The notes below the pieces were generated by a model. That model was not told the origin of the DNA and did no database searches. It saw nothing but the letters and a program-made list of their open reading frames with translations. The position numbers were made by a program, and so were the translations under genes. 64,000 nucleotides of DNA from an uncultured Chloroflexia bacterium (GTDB lineage: Bacteria > Chloroflexota > Anaerolineae > JAAEKA01): contig CAVPXC010000033.1 in NCBI GenBank assembly GCA_963709505.1, forward strand, positions 9,289-73,288, in the 5' to 3' direction. Shown here piece by piece: positions 19,690-31,233 of the stretch; the stretch's first letter is position 1, and each line of letters opens with the position of its first letter.

Positions 19690-20858
19690 ATGAACTCCAG
19701 ACATCATCACCCTCGAATCCGCCCACACTTCCGGCGTCTACCCGAAGCGTCCACTCGCCATCGTCCGTGGTAAAGGGGCGCAGCTATGGGATGCCGAAGG
19801 AAACGAATACATCGACTGCGTCGGCGGCGATGGGCGCGGCCAACCTGGGCCACGCCCATCCCGCAATCGTATCGGCCATCAGCCAACAGGCCGGCCAACT
19901 CATCACCTGCCCCGAGATCTTCTACAACGACCGGCGCGCCGAGCTGCTGGCGGCACTGGCCAACGTAGCTCCTGCCGGCCTGAGCCGCGCGTTTCTCTGT
20001 AACTCCGGCGCCGAGGCGGTCGAGGCCGCGATCAAATTCGCCCGGCTGAGCACTGGCCGCCGCGAGATCGTGGCCTGTATGCGCGGGTTCCACGGCCGGA
20101 CGATGGGCGCGCTGTCGGCCACCTGGGAGCCGAAGTACCGAGAACCGTTCGAGCCGCTCGTGCCTGGGTTTGCCCATGTGCCCTACAACGATCTGGCTGC
20201 GCTGGATGCTGCTGTCACGGACTCGACCGCAGCGGTGCTGCTGGAAGTCGTCCAGGGCGAAGGTGGCGTGCGGCTCGGCGACCCGGCTTTTCTGCTCGGC
20301 GCGCAACGCCTCTGCCGAGAGCGAGGCGCGCTGCTGATCGTTGACGAAGTCCAAACCGGCTATGGCCGCACCGGCGCCCTGTTTGCCTGCGAGCATCTTG
20401 GCCTGGCGCCCGACCTGATGCCCATCGCCAAGTCCATGGCCGGCGGCCTGCCCATGGGCGCCTGCCTGATCGGGCCACGCGTCGGTCCGATCGAGAAGAT
20501 GACCCATGGCAGCACCTTTGGCGGCAATCCGCTGGCCTGCGCCGCGGCCTTGGCGACGCTGCAGGTCATGCTCGATGAAAACCTTCCCGGTCGCGCGGCC
20601 CGTTTGGGCGCATATCTACAGGAGCGCCTGCGCTCGATCCGATCACCCTTGATCCGCGAGGTACGCGGCCTGGGCCTGCTCGTAGGCGTCGAACTCAAAA
20701 CCAAAGTTACCCCCATCCTGCAAGGCCTCCAAGCTCGCGGCGTCCTTGCCCTGCCCGCCGGAACCACCGTCCTTCGCCTGCTGCCGCCGCTGGTGATCGA
20801 GCAGAGCGATTTGGAGCGGGTGGTGGAGGCAATCGAGCAGCAGCTTGCTCTCTCCTGA
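19690..20858 (+). pseudogene. lysJ: LysW-lysine/ornithine aminotransferase (ArgD family) with two apparent +1 frameshifts near the 5' end
   Basis: MNS (frame of 19690), then [43 protein letters not shown] (next frame), then [11 protein letters not shown]...DEVQTGYGRTG...THGSTFGGNP (frame of 19509). Shifts are at about 19700 and 19829. Confidence 0.75.
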
Positions 20859-20860
20859 AA

Positions 20861-20993
20861 CGCTGAATGATGAGTGATGAATGCGGAATGCGGAATGCGG
20901 AATTTGGCCGCTACTTAGAATTCCACCATTCTGCACTCCGCACTCTGCACTCCGATCACTCTGCACTCCGCATTCATCATTCATAATTCAGCA
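20861..20993. repeat. Inverted pair of heptamer arrays (GAATGCG/GATGAGT family)
   Basis: The left arm gaatgatgagtgatgaatgcggaatgcggaatgcgg is mirrored by ...ccgcattcatcattcataattc. Confidence 0.85.
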
Positions 20994-21012
20994 TTCCCTC
21001 CCGGAGACCCCC

Positions 21013-22167
21013 ATGTCCCTAGAAAACTACCACATCATCGAATCGACCCTACGCGAGGGCGAGCAGTTTATCGGCGCCCAGTTTACGCGTGAGCAGAAGA
21101 TCCGCATTGCCCATGGCTTGGACGGATTTGGCGTCGAGTATCTGGAACTCACCTCGCCACTGGCGTCGCCCGGCTGCTTGGACGACATCAAGACGATCGT
21201 CGGTTTAGGCCTGCGCGCGCGCATCTTGACCCACATCCGTTGCCACAAGGACGACGCCAAGATCGCACTCGAAACCGGCGTGGACGGGCTGGACGTCGTA
21301 ATCGGCACCTCGTCGCAGTTGCGCCAGTTCAGCCACGGAAAGAGTATCGACGAGGTCATCGACGTGGCGGCCGAGGTGCTGACCTTCATCCGCAGCCAGG
21401 CGCCAAACATCGAGCTGCGCTTCAGCACCGAAGACTCCTTTCGCAGCGAAGAAAAGGAATTGCTGCGGGTTTACCTGGCCGTCGACAAGTTGGGCGTGGT
21501 CAACCGGTTGGGCACAGCGGATACCGTGGGGATCGCCACGCCCACCCAGGTGTTACGGCTGGTCAGCACGTTGCGCCGCCTGACCACGGCGGACATCGAG
21601 TTCCACGGCCACAACAACTCCGGCTGCGCTGTGGCTAACGCATTCGCGGCGCTGGAAGGCGGGGCAACCCACATCGACACCACCGTTCTGGGAATCGGCG
21701 AACGCAACGGCATCACTCCCCTCGGCGCGTTCGTGGCCCGCATGATCACCTACGACCGGGCCACGGTGTTGCGCAAGTACCGCCTGCCGCGGCTGCGCGA
21801 CCTCGAGCTGATGGTCGCCGACATGGTTGGTGTGGACATTCCGTTCAACAACTGCATCACCGGTTTCAGCGCTTTCACCCACAAGGCAGGAATCCACGCC
21901 AAGGCGATCATCAACACGCCGGAGACCTACGAAGCAATCAATCCGCACGACTTCGGCATGAAGCGGTACATCTCGATCGCCCACCGCCTCACCGGTTGGA
22001 ACGCGGTCAAGGCTCGTGCTGAGCAGCTTGGTCTCGACCTGGACGACACCCAAATCAAGGCGCTGACCCAGCACATCAAGGCTCTCGCCGACGAGAAACC
22101 GCTGGGGTTGGACGATGTGGATGAGTTGTTGCATACGTGGGGGAATGGTAGATTGGTAGATCGGTAG
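21013..22167 (+). CDS. hcs: Homocitrate synthase
   Basis: [24 protein letters not shown] and the [14 protein letters not shown] signature. Lys-cluster context. The 3' end runs into the octamer array (GNGRLVDR*). Confidence 0.85.
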   Translation: MSLENYHIIESTLREGEQFIGAQFTREQKIRIAHGLDGFGVEYLELTSPLASPGCLDDIKTIVGLGLRARILTHIRCHKDDAKIALETGVDGLDVVIGTSSQLRQFSHGKSIDEVIDVAAEVLTFIRSQAPNIELRFSTEDSFRSEEKELLRVYLAVDKLGVVNRLGTADTVGIATPTQVLRLVSTLRRLTTADIEFHGHNNSGCAVANAFAALEGGATHIDTTVLGIGERNGITPLGAFVARMITYDRATVLRKYRLPRLRDLELMVADMVGVDIPFNNCITGFSAFTHKAGIHAKAIINTPETYEAINPHDFGMKRYISIAHRLTGWNAVKARAEQLGLDLDDTQIKALTQHIKALADEKPLGLDDVDELLHTWGNGRLVDR

Positions 22168-22251
22168 ACTGGTAGATTAATAGATTGGTAGATTGGTGGC
22201 GACAGTGTGCCCAATCGACCAGTTTACCAATCAATTAATCTACCAATCTAC
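22145..22251. repeat. Inverted pair of octamer arrays (GGTAGATT / AATCTACC)
   Basis: Same unit family as 10890-11096. Confidence 0.9.
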
Positions 22252-22266
22252 CCCCGGAGGTAACCC

Positions 22267-24375
<2,109 letters not shown>

Positions 24376-24390
24376 GACCCTCCGGCTTCC

Positions 24391-24425
24391 GAGTTCTGAG
24401 TTCTGAGTTATGAGTTACGAGTTGC
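24391..24425. repeat. Five tandem heptamers (GAGTTMY)
   Basis: Read directly from the sequence. The adjacent TCCGGCTTCCGAGTT is related to the hairpin at 42783-42870. Confidence 0.85.
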
Positions 24426-24468
24426 CTGTCACGCACTACTGCGCACATACGAAGGATACATTGTACCC

Positions 24469-25815
24469 ATGCCAACTATCTGTCTGATCCCTGGCGACGG
24501 TGTAGGCCAGGAAGTTATCCCCGCAGCGGCGCGCGTGCTGGCTGTGATTGTGCCGGATTTCAAGTTTGTCGAGGCCGAGGCTGGCTGGAGCTGCTTCGAG
24601 CGGCACGGCACGGCCTTGCCCGAGGCGACGCTGGCCGCGGTAGCCGCGGCGGACGGTACGCTCTTTGGAGCTACTCAATCGCCGATCAACCCCCTCCCCG
24701 GCCCTCCCCCTGCGAGGGGGAGGGAGTCAGATTCCATCCTCAGCACTTCCCCTTGCACGGGGTCTGACTCCCTCCCCCTCGCAGGGGGAGGGCCGGGGAG
24801 GGGGTTCTACCGCAGTCCGATCCTCACCATGCGCAAACACTTCGATCTCTACGCCAACCTCCGTCCTGTCAGCAGTCCCGACCTAAGAGGGCGCGCGCCT
24901 GACGGCATTGCTCCCCGCTCTCCGCTCCGCGCTTCCCCGGTTGACCTGCTCATCGTCCGCGAAAACACCGAGGGCCTCTACGCCGGCCGCGAGCGCCTCG
25001 AGGGTGACACCGCCATCGCCGAGCGCGTCATTACCCGCCGCGCCAGCGAGCGCATCGCACGCGTCGCCTTCGACCAGGCAAGGCAGCGTGCCCAGCGACG
25101 CCCTCCGTCATTGACAATTGACAATTCACAATTCACAATTGACAATTCCTCTGTTACCATCGTCCACAAAGCGAACGTGCTCAAGCTCACCGATGGCTTG
25201 TTTCGAGAAACGTGTCTCGACGTCGCGAGAGAGTACCCCGATGTGACGGTGAATGAACTACTGGTAGACGCTGCAGCGATGTGGCTGGTAAGGGATCCTG
25301 CTCGTTTCGACGTGATCGTCACCACCAACCTGTTCGGCGACATCCTGTCCGACCTGGCGGCCGGGCTGATAGGCGGGCTGGGCGTCGCGCCGTCGGCCAA
25401 CGTTGGCGCGGGGCGGGTAGCGGTCTTCGAGCCCGTGCACGGCAGCGCGCCCGATATCGCCGGCAAGGGCATCGCCAACCCGGTCGGTGCAATACTGAGC
25501 GGCGCGATGCTGTTGGAACACATCGGCCGGCCAGATGCCGCGCAACGGGTACGCCAGGCCGTCGCGGCAGCCCTGGCCGATGGCATCATGACGCCCGACC
25601 TAGGCGGTACGGCGACGACCGACCTGGTCACGAACGCCGTCATCGGACACTGTAGTCTGCCGAAACATCCACTACGAAGACTCGGGGCTGACTCTCGTAA
25701 GCGCCAGATAGCGCAAAAAAAGCTGTCCGAGTTCTTTCGAGACTCGCTGCTCGTTGATGCCGACCTGGATCTGATCCAGGACAAGAGCCTACCCAGGGAT
25801 AACATCGATCTATAA
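24469..25815 (+). CDS. hicdh: Homoisocitrate dehydrogenase (isopropylmalate DH family) carrying in-frame repeat insertions and a C-terminal extension
   Basis: [39 protein letters not shown] and [19 protein letters not shown] motifs. The extra segments map onto repeat DNA. Confidence 0.8.
   Translation: MPTICLIPGDGVGQEVIPAAARVLAVIVPDFKFVEAEAGWSCFERHGTALPEATLAAVAAADGTLFGATQSPINPLPGPPPARGRESDSILSTSPCTGSDSLPLAGGGPGRGFYRSPILTMRKHFDLYANLRPVSSPDLRGRAPDGIAPRSPLRASPVDLLIVRENTEGLYAGRERLEGDTAIAERVITRRASERIARVAFDQARQRAQRRPPSLTIDNSQFTIDNSSVTIVHKANVLKLTDGLFRETCLDVAREYPDVTVNELLVDAAAMWLVRDPARFDVIVTTNLFGDILSDLAAGLIGGLGVAPSANVGAGRVAVFEPVHGSAPDIAGKGIANPVGAILSGAMLLEHIGRPDAAQRVRQAVAAALADGIMTPDLGGTATTDLVTNAVIGHCSLPKHPLRRLGADSRKRQIAQKKLSEFFRDSLLVDADLDLIQDKSLPRDNIDL
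24688..24806. repeat. 119-nt nested palindromic element (perfect 44-bp arms) inside hicdh
   Basis: The arms 24688-24731 and 24763-24806 are exact reverse complements. Each arm also holds CCCTCCCCCT-gcg-AGGGGGAGGG. The element is translated as [40 protein letters not shown]. Confidence 0.95.
25109..25149. repeat. Heptamer array (CAATTSA) read in frame inside hicdh
   Basis: cattgacaattgacaattcacaattcacaattgacaattcc encodes [15 protein letters not shown]. Same family as 4145 and 55165. Confidence 0.9.
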
Positions 25816-25829
25816 CAAGTAATGACAAC

Positions 25830-27443
25830 ATGAACGACTATCTGGACGCCAATCGTACCCTCTGGAACGCATGGACCCAACTCCACGCCGAGTCGCCGTT
25901 TTACGACCTGCCCGGTTTCAAAGCCGGCAAGAGCAGCCTGCGTAGGATCGAACAGGCTGAGTTGGGCCACAAAGTCGACGGCAAGACCCTGCTCCATCTG
26001 CAGTGTCACTACGGCCAGGACACCCTATCGTGGGCCAGGAAGGGTGCTAGCGTAACCGGTGTGGACTTTTCGCCGGAGTCCATTGCCTTGGCCCGCAGCC
26101 TGAGCGAGGAGCTAAACATCCCGGCGACGTTCATTTGCTCGGAAGTCGCGCGCCTGCCTCATGCGCTGACCGGCCAATTCGACATCTTCTTCACGTCCTA
26201 CGGCGTGTTGCATTGGCTCTCGGACCTCCGACGCTGGGGCGAAGTAATCGCTCATTTCCTCAAGCCCGGAGGAATCTTCTATATCGTCGAGGACCATCCG
26301 TTCATGCGCAACCAACCACTCTCCACCTTCCACCCTCGCCTATCCTCAGAACCGGCGAGCCAGGGTCCAACCTCCGCAGACCTCCATCTGCTCCACTCTC
26401 TGCTGCAAATCCCCTCCCTCTCTGGTCAAGAAGCAGCCGCTTCGGTGTTTCTGGCCGGCTGGATGGCCGAGCACGGCATGCGGGCCTTTGTCGACGCCGC
26501 GGGTAACGCCGTCGGCATCCTCGACGGCGGGCCAGGACTCGATGGCCAGACAGCGCAGGATATCGTTCTGCTCGGCCACATCGACACGGTCGGCGGCGAC
26601 GTGCCGGTGCGAATCGAGGACGGCAAGTTCTATGGTCGCGGTGCGGTCGATGCCAAGGGGCCGCTGGCGGCCTTTGCTGCCGCGGCCGCTCAGGTCGGGC
26701 CGCAGCCCGGCTGGCGCATTATCGTTATCGGCGCGGTCGAGGAGGAGGCCGCCACATCCAAAGGCGCACGCTTCGCGGCGACCCAGTACCGGCCCGCGCT
26801 CTGCGTCATCGGCGAGCCCAGCGGGTGGAATCGGGTGACCCTCGGTTACAAGGGCCGGCTGTTGGCTCACGTTACCGTGCAGCAGGCGATGGCCCATTCC
26901 GCCGGGCCTGACGCATCCATCTGCGAGGTGGCGGTGAATCTCTGGAATCGCGTGCGCAGCCGCATGGCCGAGATCAATTCAGGCCAGGAAAGAGTCTGGG
27001 ACCAGATACAGCCCTCTCTGCGCAGCTTTCATTCCGAGACCGACGGCCTGCAGGAGACCGCCCGGATGGTGCTGAGTTTTCGCTTGCCGCTGAACGCTGG
27101 GCCGGAAGCCATCCAGGCCGAGCTGCTGGCGCTGACCGGCGAGGCCGAACTGCGCTTCGAAGGCGCCGAGGCTGCGTTTCGCTCAGACAAGAACAATCCT
27201 TTGGTGCGCGCCTTTCTGGCTGCCATTCGCGGCCAGGGCGAGCAGCCGGGCTTTCTACTCAAAACCGGTACCGCAGACATGAACGTGGTCGGCCCTGTGT
27301 GGCACTGCCCCATCCTCGCCTATGGTCCCGGCGACAGCACTCTAGATCACACTCCGTACGAGCATGTGGAGGTCGTCGAGTGGCAGCGCGGTGTGTCGAT
27401 TCTGACAGACGTGTTGCGACGCCTGACGGCGGCCGGTCTTTAG
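25830..27443 (+). CDS. lysK: Chimeric ORF: N-terminal fragment of a class I SAM methyltransferase fused to LysW-lysine hydrolase (M20 peptidase, LysK/ArgE family)
   Basis: Residues 1 to about 160 form a Rossmann methyltransferase ([18 protein letters not shown]) that stops after FYIVEDHPF. After the repeat remnant at 26316-26337 the protein reads [15 protein letters not shown]...GHIDTV...DAKGP...EEE, which is M20-type. Confidence 0.7.
   Translation: MNDYLDANRTLWNAWTQLHAESPFYDLPGFKAGKSSLRRIEQAELGHKVDGKTLLHLQCHYGQDTLSWARKGASVTGVDFSPESIALARSLSEELNIPATFICSEVARLPHALTGQFDIFFTSYGVLHWLSDLRRWGEVIAHFLKPGGIFYIVEDHPFMRNQPLSTFHPRLSSEPASQGPTSADLHLLHSLLQIPSLSGQEAAASVFLAGWMAEHGMRAFVDAAGNAVGILDGGPGLDGQTAQDIVLLGHIDTVGGDVPVRIEDGKFYGRGAVDAKGPLAAFAAAAAQVGPQPGWRIIVIGAVEEEAATSKGARFAATQYRPALCVIGEPSGWNRVTLGYKGRLLAHVTVQQAMAHSAGPDASICEVAVNLWNRVRSRMAEINSGQERVWDQIQPSLRSFHSETDGLQETARMVLSFRLPLNAGPEAIQAELLALTGEAELRFEGAEAAFRSDKNNPLVRAFLAAIRGQGEQPGFLLKTGTADMNVVGPVWHCPILAYGPGDSTLDHTPYEHVEVVEWQRGVSILTDVLRRLTAAGL
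26316..26337. repeat. Remnant of a YCTCCAC heptamer array at the methyltransferase/LysK junction
   Basis: ccactctccaccttccaccctc, translated as PLSTFHP. Confidence 0.7.
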
Positions 27444-27490
27444 GAGTGAACTGGGGGGTGACTGCGCAATGCAGCCCCGCTCAATCTGGT

Positions 27491-27519
27491 TTGACAGCAC
27501 CCTTTATGTAGCCTATACT
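27491..27519 (+). promoter_or_regulatory. Candidate sigma-70-type promoter
   Basis: TTGACA, a 17-nt spacer, then TATACT, about 105 nt upstream of ATG 27626. Confidence 0.5.
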
Positions 27520-27625
27520 CAAATCATGGGTCATGGGCCCATTTGGAAGACACCCTTGTCGCCCACCCGGGGAACTCAAGGCCCCATTTGTCATCCAACC
27601 GAACGCACGGAAAAGGAGAAGCAAG

Positions 27626-29292
27626 ATGAGAGTACCGAGAGTGTTCAATAGCAAGACGGCCGCGCTGCTGGTCGCCGTCTCGATGATCAGTTTTTTGGCG
27701 GCCTGCTCGCTACCCTTGCCTGGCTCGAAAAAACAGGCAGTAACCGAGACGCCGGCAGCGGCAGCGCTGGCGCCGGCCCAGCCCGTCAACGAGCCAGCGC
27801 CCAGCGGTCCCACCGCCAGCTTCGGCGGCGTGAGCTTCGCACTCGATCCGGCCATTGCTGCCTCAGCTAGTGGTGCGACCATGCCTGACACCAGCGACCC
27901 CAGCGCGCCGCCAGAGATCGACAAAGGACCGGCGCGGATCGAATTCGGCTTTGACGGCTACACCGGCCCAACTAACACGATCCCGGCCCTTGTCTACGTC
28001 TACAACCTCGTAGATTTGGCAGGCAAGCCAGAGGAGCCGATGGCAAATAGCCTGGCAACTCTGCTCCAAGAGCGGCCTGATCTGGCCGGTCAGCAGCAGC
28101 TGCCCTTCCTGCCCACTGTCAACGCGGGCCAGGGGCTGCACGTACGTGAAGCCTACCGCGATTTCGCCAATGGCTCCGGCATCGAAACCATCACCATGTA
28201 TGCCCAGGAAGCATCGCCGATCACCGCTGACCGGCTCTGGTACACCTTTCAGGGCTTGACAAGCGATGGACTGAGTTATGTAGCGGCCGTCTTCCCGTTG
28301 AGCACCGATCTCTTCCCTGTTGAGATTCCTGCCGACTTCAACTACGACGAATGGTTCGCCGAGTACGACAAGTACATGGCCGACGCCAAGAAAGCTCTGG
28401 CAGACGCGCCGGCCGACCGGTTCACCCCTGCGCTTGACAAGCTCGGCGCGCTGGTGCAGTCGATCACCGTGCCGCCTGGCCTTTCGATTGTCGCGCCGGC
28501 GGCGGCCAAACCGGCCTCGGCTGGCTTCTCTGGAACGTTCACCGCGACCTTGCCGGCCGCCGACACCCCCGGCCGCGCGATGACAATGACGCTCAACCCG
28601 GATGGCACTGCATCCATGAACACCGACTACATGAACGGCCAGCCGCCGATCTTCGAGACCGGCACCTGGCAGGACAATGGCGATGGTACGGTCACAACCA
28701 GCTTCACCCAGGTGGGCGAGAACGTGCTGGCCACGCCGGACGTCGTCACGTTCGCCCAGGAGGACGGAGCGCTGGTGGCCGTGACGTATGATCCGGAGGC
28801 CTATGGCTCACAGGGCTTCACGTTGCAAAAGAGCGGCGAGGCAGTTGAAGTGCACCTGCGCCCACCGAACTGGTCACTTCCACTGAACCGATCACTCCCG
28901 CCGAACCGGCTGCGCCAGCTGTTTCGGCTGTTCCAGGTGCGCCAGCTGAGATCACCGGGATCGCAACCTGGGAACTCCAGGATATCCGCCGCTCGAGCGG
29001 TGCGACAATTCCGGTCGTCAACTCCGCCAAGTACACGTTGCAGCTAGGTCCCGACGGCTCCGTCGCGATCGTGGCCGACTGCAATACGGGTAAGGGTACC
29101 TACGAGATCGAGGGCAACGACATCACCTTCCAGCTAGGCTACACCAAGATGATGTGTCCTTCTGGCTCGCTTTTCAACCAATTCGCCAAGTATCTCGAGT
29201 ATGCTGACAGCTTCACGGTGGAAAACGGCAGCCTGGTGCTATCCTATGGCAACGGCGCCGGTACGATGACCTTCGCGCCGGCCGGCCAGTAG
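27626..29292 (+). pseudogene. Lipoprotein with a C-terminal META (HslJ-like) domain, apparent -1 frameshift
   Basis: RBS AAAGGAG. Lipobox LAAC. After ...FTLQKSGEAV the protein continues in the frame of 29038 as APAPTELVTSTEP...ITGIATWELQDIRR...ADCNTGKGTYEIEGNDITF. Length is 3n+2. The shift is at about 28848. Confidence 0.6.
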
Positions 29293-29311
29293 ACGCATCC
29301 ACGTCGCACTC

Positions 29312-29402
29312 TTAGAGGGGTCCAATCTCGGAAGATTGGACCCCTCTAATTTACCAGGTCTCACCCTCAGAAAGGTCCAATCTCGGAAGGTTAGACCTTT
29401 CT
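29312..29402. repeat. Two GGACC-family hairpins with the half-modules in permuted order
   Basis: 29312-29349: TTAGAGGGGTCCAATCT-cgga-AGATTGGACCCCTCTAA. 29369-29402: AGAAAGGTCCAATCT-cgga-AGGTTAGACCTTTCT. Confidence 0.85.
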
Positions 29403-29471
29403 AAATTTAACCCGAGATGGCATCTACATGCTTCCGTACTTGGAGTATGCGAGTCTCACCTTGGGATGCGG

Positions 29472-29669
29472 TTAGACTGAATTCTTGACGATACCCTCTT
29501 GGATGCCGGTCAGCAGGTCCGTATAGTCTTGTTTGGGTAGAAATGACTTCATCTCTTCCAACAAGAACAACACCCACTGCACCTGTTCCTCCTTGGGCTT
29601 GAGCCCGATCAGCTCGGCGGCAGTTTGTAGCATCTCGGTGATAGTGTGATCGTATGGGATGGTTGCCAT
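29472..29669 (-). CDS. Hypothetical 65-aa protein
   Basis: Start MATIPYDH. Lower GC. No motif recognised. Confidence 0.35.
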   Translation of the reverse strand: MATIPYDHTITEMLQTAAELIGLKPKEEQVQWVLFLLEEMKSFLPKQDYTDLLTGIQEGIVKNSV

Positions 29670-29802
29670 GTGTCGAATCTCCTGTAGATGGGAAGCAAGA
29701 AAGCTCGCATGTGGTTTGCGCCGGCCTGCGGTTTGAAACAACAGGCACAATCAAGCCCAATAATACACCCATTTTTGAGTATCATCAAACTCGCTGGAAG
29801 GA

Positions 29803-30194
29803 TTGGCGGCAATGGAACTTAACTATCTGGGAGTACGCAGCATTCAACCTATTGACGAACTGGATACCTTCCCGGCGCCTGCTGGCCTGGGCCGCGTCAC
29901 CATGACCTCGGACGAGTTGACAGCCCTTTGTCCCGTGACCGGCCAGCCGGACTTCTACGTGCTCACGATCGAATACGAGCCGGGCCACTGTGCATCGAGT
30001 CAAAGAGCCTCAAATTGTATCTCTGGCACTTCCGCGACCGCGGGGTATTCTGCGAGCAACTGGCGGTCGATATCCGAGACAAAGTCATAGCGACGATCCA
30101 CCCGAAGACCTGCACGGTCAAGCTGGTCCAAAAAGCGCGTGGCGGCATCACTATCGAAGCGCTGTCGGAGTATCGGCGAAGCAGTGAACAGTGA
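29803..30194 (+). pseudogene. queF: NADPH-dependent 7-cyano-7-deazaguanine reductase with an apparent -1 frameshift
   Basis: LCPVTGQPDFYVLTIEYEPG (frame 29803) joins CIESKSLKLYLWHFRDRGVFCEQLA (frame 29928). The shift is at about 29985. The stop lies inside the GTGAACR array. Confidence 0.75.
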
Positions 30195-30358
30195 ACGGTG
30201 AACGAGTGAACGGTGAACGGTGAACGGTGAACGGTGAACGGTGAACGGTGAACGGTGAACGGTGAACGGTGAACAGTGAACGGTGAACAGTGAACGGTGA
30301 ACAGTAGAAGTAGTAGCCTATACTGTTTACTGTTTACTGTTTACTGTTTACTGTTCAC
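30183..30358. repeat. About 17 GTGAACR heptamers followed by about 5 inverted copies (CTGTTYA) between convergent queF and the rhodanese gene
   Basis: Read directly from the sequence. Both convergent CDS ends lie inside the arms. Confidence 0.95.
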
Positions 30359-30994
30359 CACCGGCAAGCCTGCCTGCTCCCAGGCCTGAAGACCGCCTAG
30401 GATTGCCTTGACGTCGGTATACCCCTGATCCATCAGGAATTGCGCCGCACGGGCGCTTGATTCTTCGGCCGGTCAGGTGCAGTAGGTGAGGATCTCGGCG
30501 TTCTTGGGAAGCTCATGCCGGCCGGCCTCCAGCTCGCTAAGCGGGATCGACGCCGCTCCCTCGATGTGGGCCGCCTGGTAGTATTCCACACCGCGCACAT
30601 CGACAACCACGACCTGGCCGGAATCCAGCCGCGCCTTGGCGTCGGCCGGGCTGATCCTGGGCACGTCAGGATAGGGAACGTCCTGCTGCGAGGCTGCCGG
30701 CGACTGGTTGGCGGGCACAAGGGTCGTCACCGGCTCTTGACGATTGAACAGCAGCGCGGCCAATAAGCCGATTATCAACACGGCCCCGCCAAGGGTGAGC
30801 CAAAGTCTTCGGCTGCCGCCACCACGAGGCTGGCTTTTAGCCTGCTGCGTCTGCCCAGCGATGGACGGGACGCCCTTCGGCCGGGCTGTCGCTACAGCCG
30901 CCCCGCAGGCGGTGCAAAAACTGGCGTCCGGCTTGAGCTGCGCGCCGCACTTCGTGCAGAACTGCGTTGGGCCGGGGGATGGGGAGTCGGTCAT
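30341..30994 (-). CDS. Zinc-ribbon / TM / rhodanese-domain protein with an in-frame UGA (30475-30473); candidate selenoprotein or nonsense pseudogene
   Basis: Start MTDSPSP at 30994 after GGAG. FCTKCG..FCTACG, then a TM, then the rhodanese domain. The frame reads ...ILTYCT-TGA-PAEESSARAAQFLMDQGYTDVKAILGGLQAWEQAGLPVVNSKQ-TAA with no other stop. Confidence 0.6.
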
Positions 30995-31233
30995 GTCGAG
31001 TAATCTCCGATTTTTTCGATAGGATGGGGAGCATCGGCATTTGCCACAGGGATGCGCCAGAACCCGCAATTCGACGGTCAGGAAAAGCGCTTTCAAGGCG
31101 CTTTCGGCCAACCACTAGCCGGGGCCGAAATTCCTGCTATCATGGCAAGTGCGCCGGCCCTGCACTGGCAGGCTAGCCGTCGAATTCTGACATGATAGCG
31201 GTAGAAGCGCAAATCTGCCAAGGAGGATCATCC

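Noticed and set aside
20881-21012. N-terminal extensions in the ORF track that begin inside repeats. Examples: 20881 for hcs, 41271 for the polyferredoxin, 38635 for the regulator, 56259 and 55203 for the permeases, 2192 for YtkA-like, 12309 for panE.
   Set aside because: The extensions consist of repeat-derived peptides. Internal starts with RBS-like sequences, located directly after the repeats, give normal family N-termini.
29670-29802. A preQ1 riboswitch upstream of queF.
   Set aside because: I could not find the compact preQ1-type hairpin with an A-rich tail. The region is simply AT-richer divergent promoter space.
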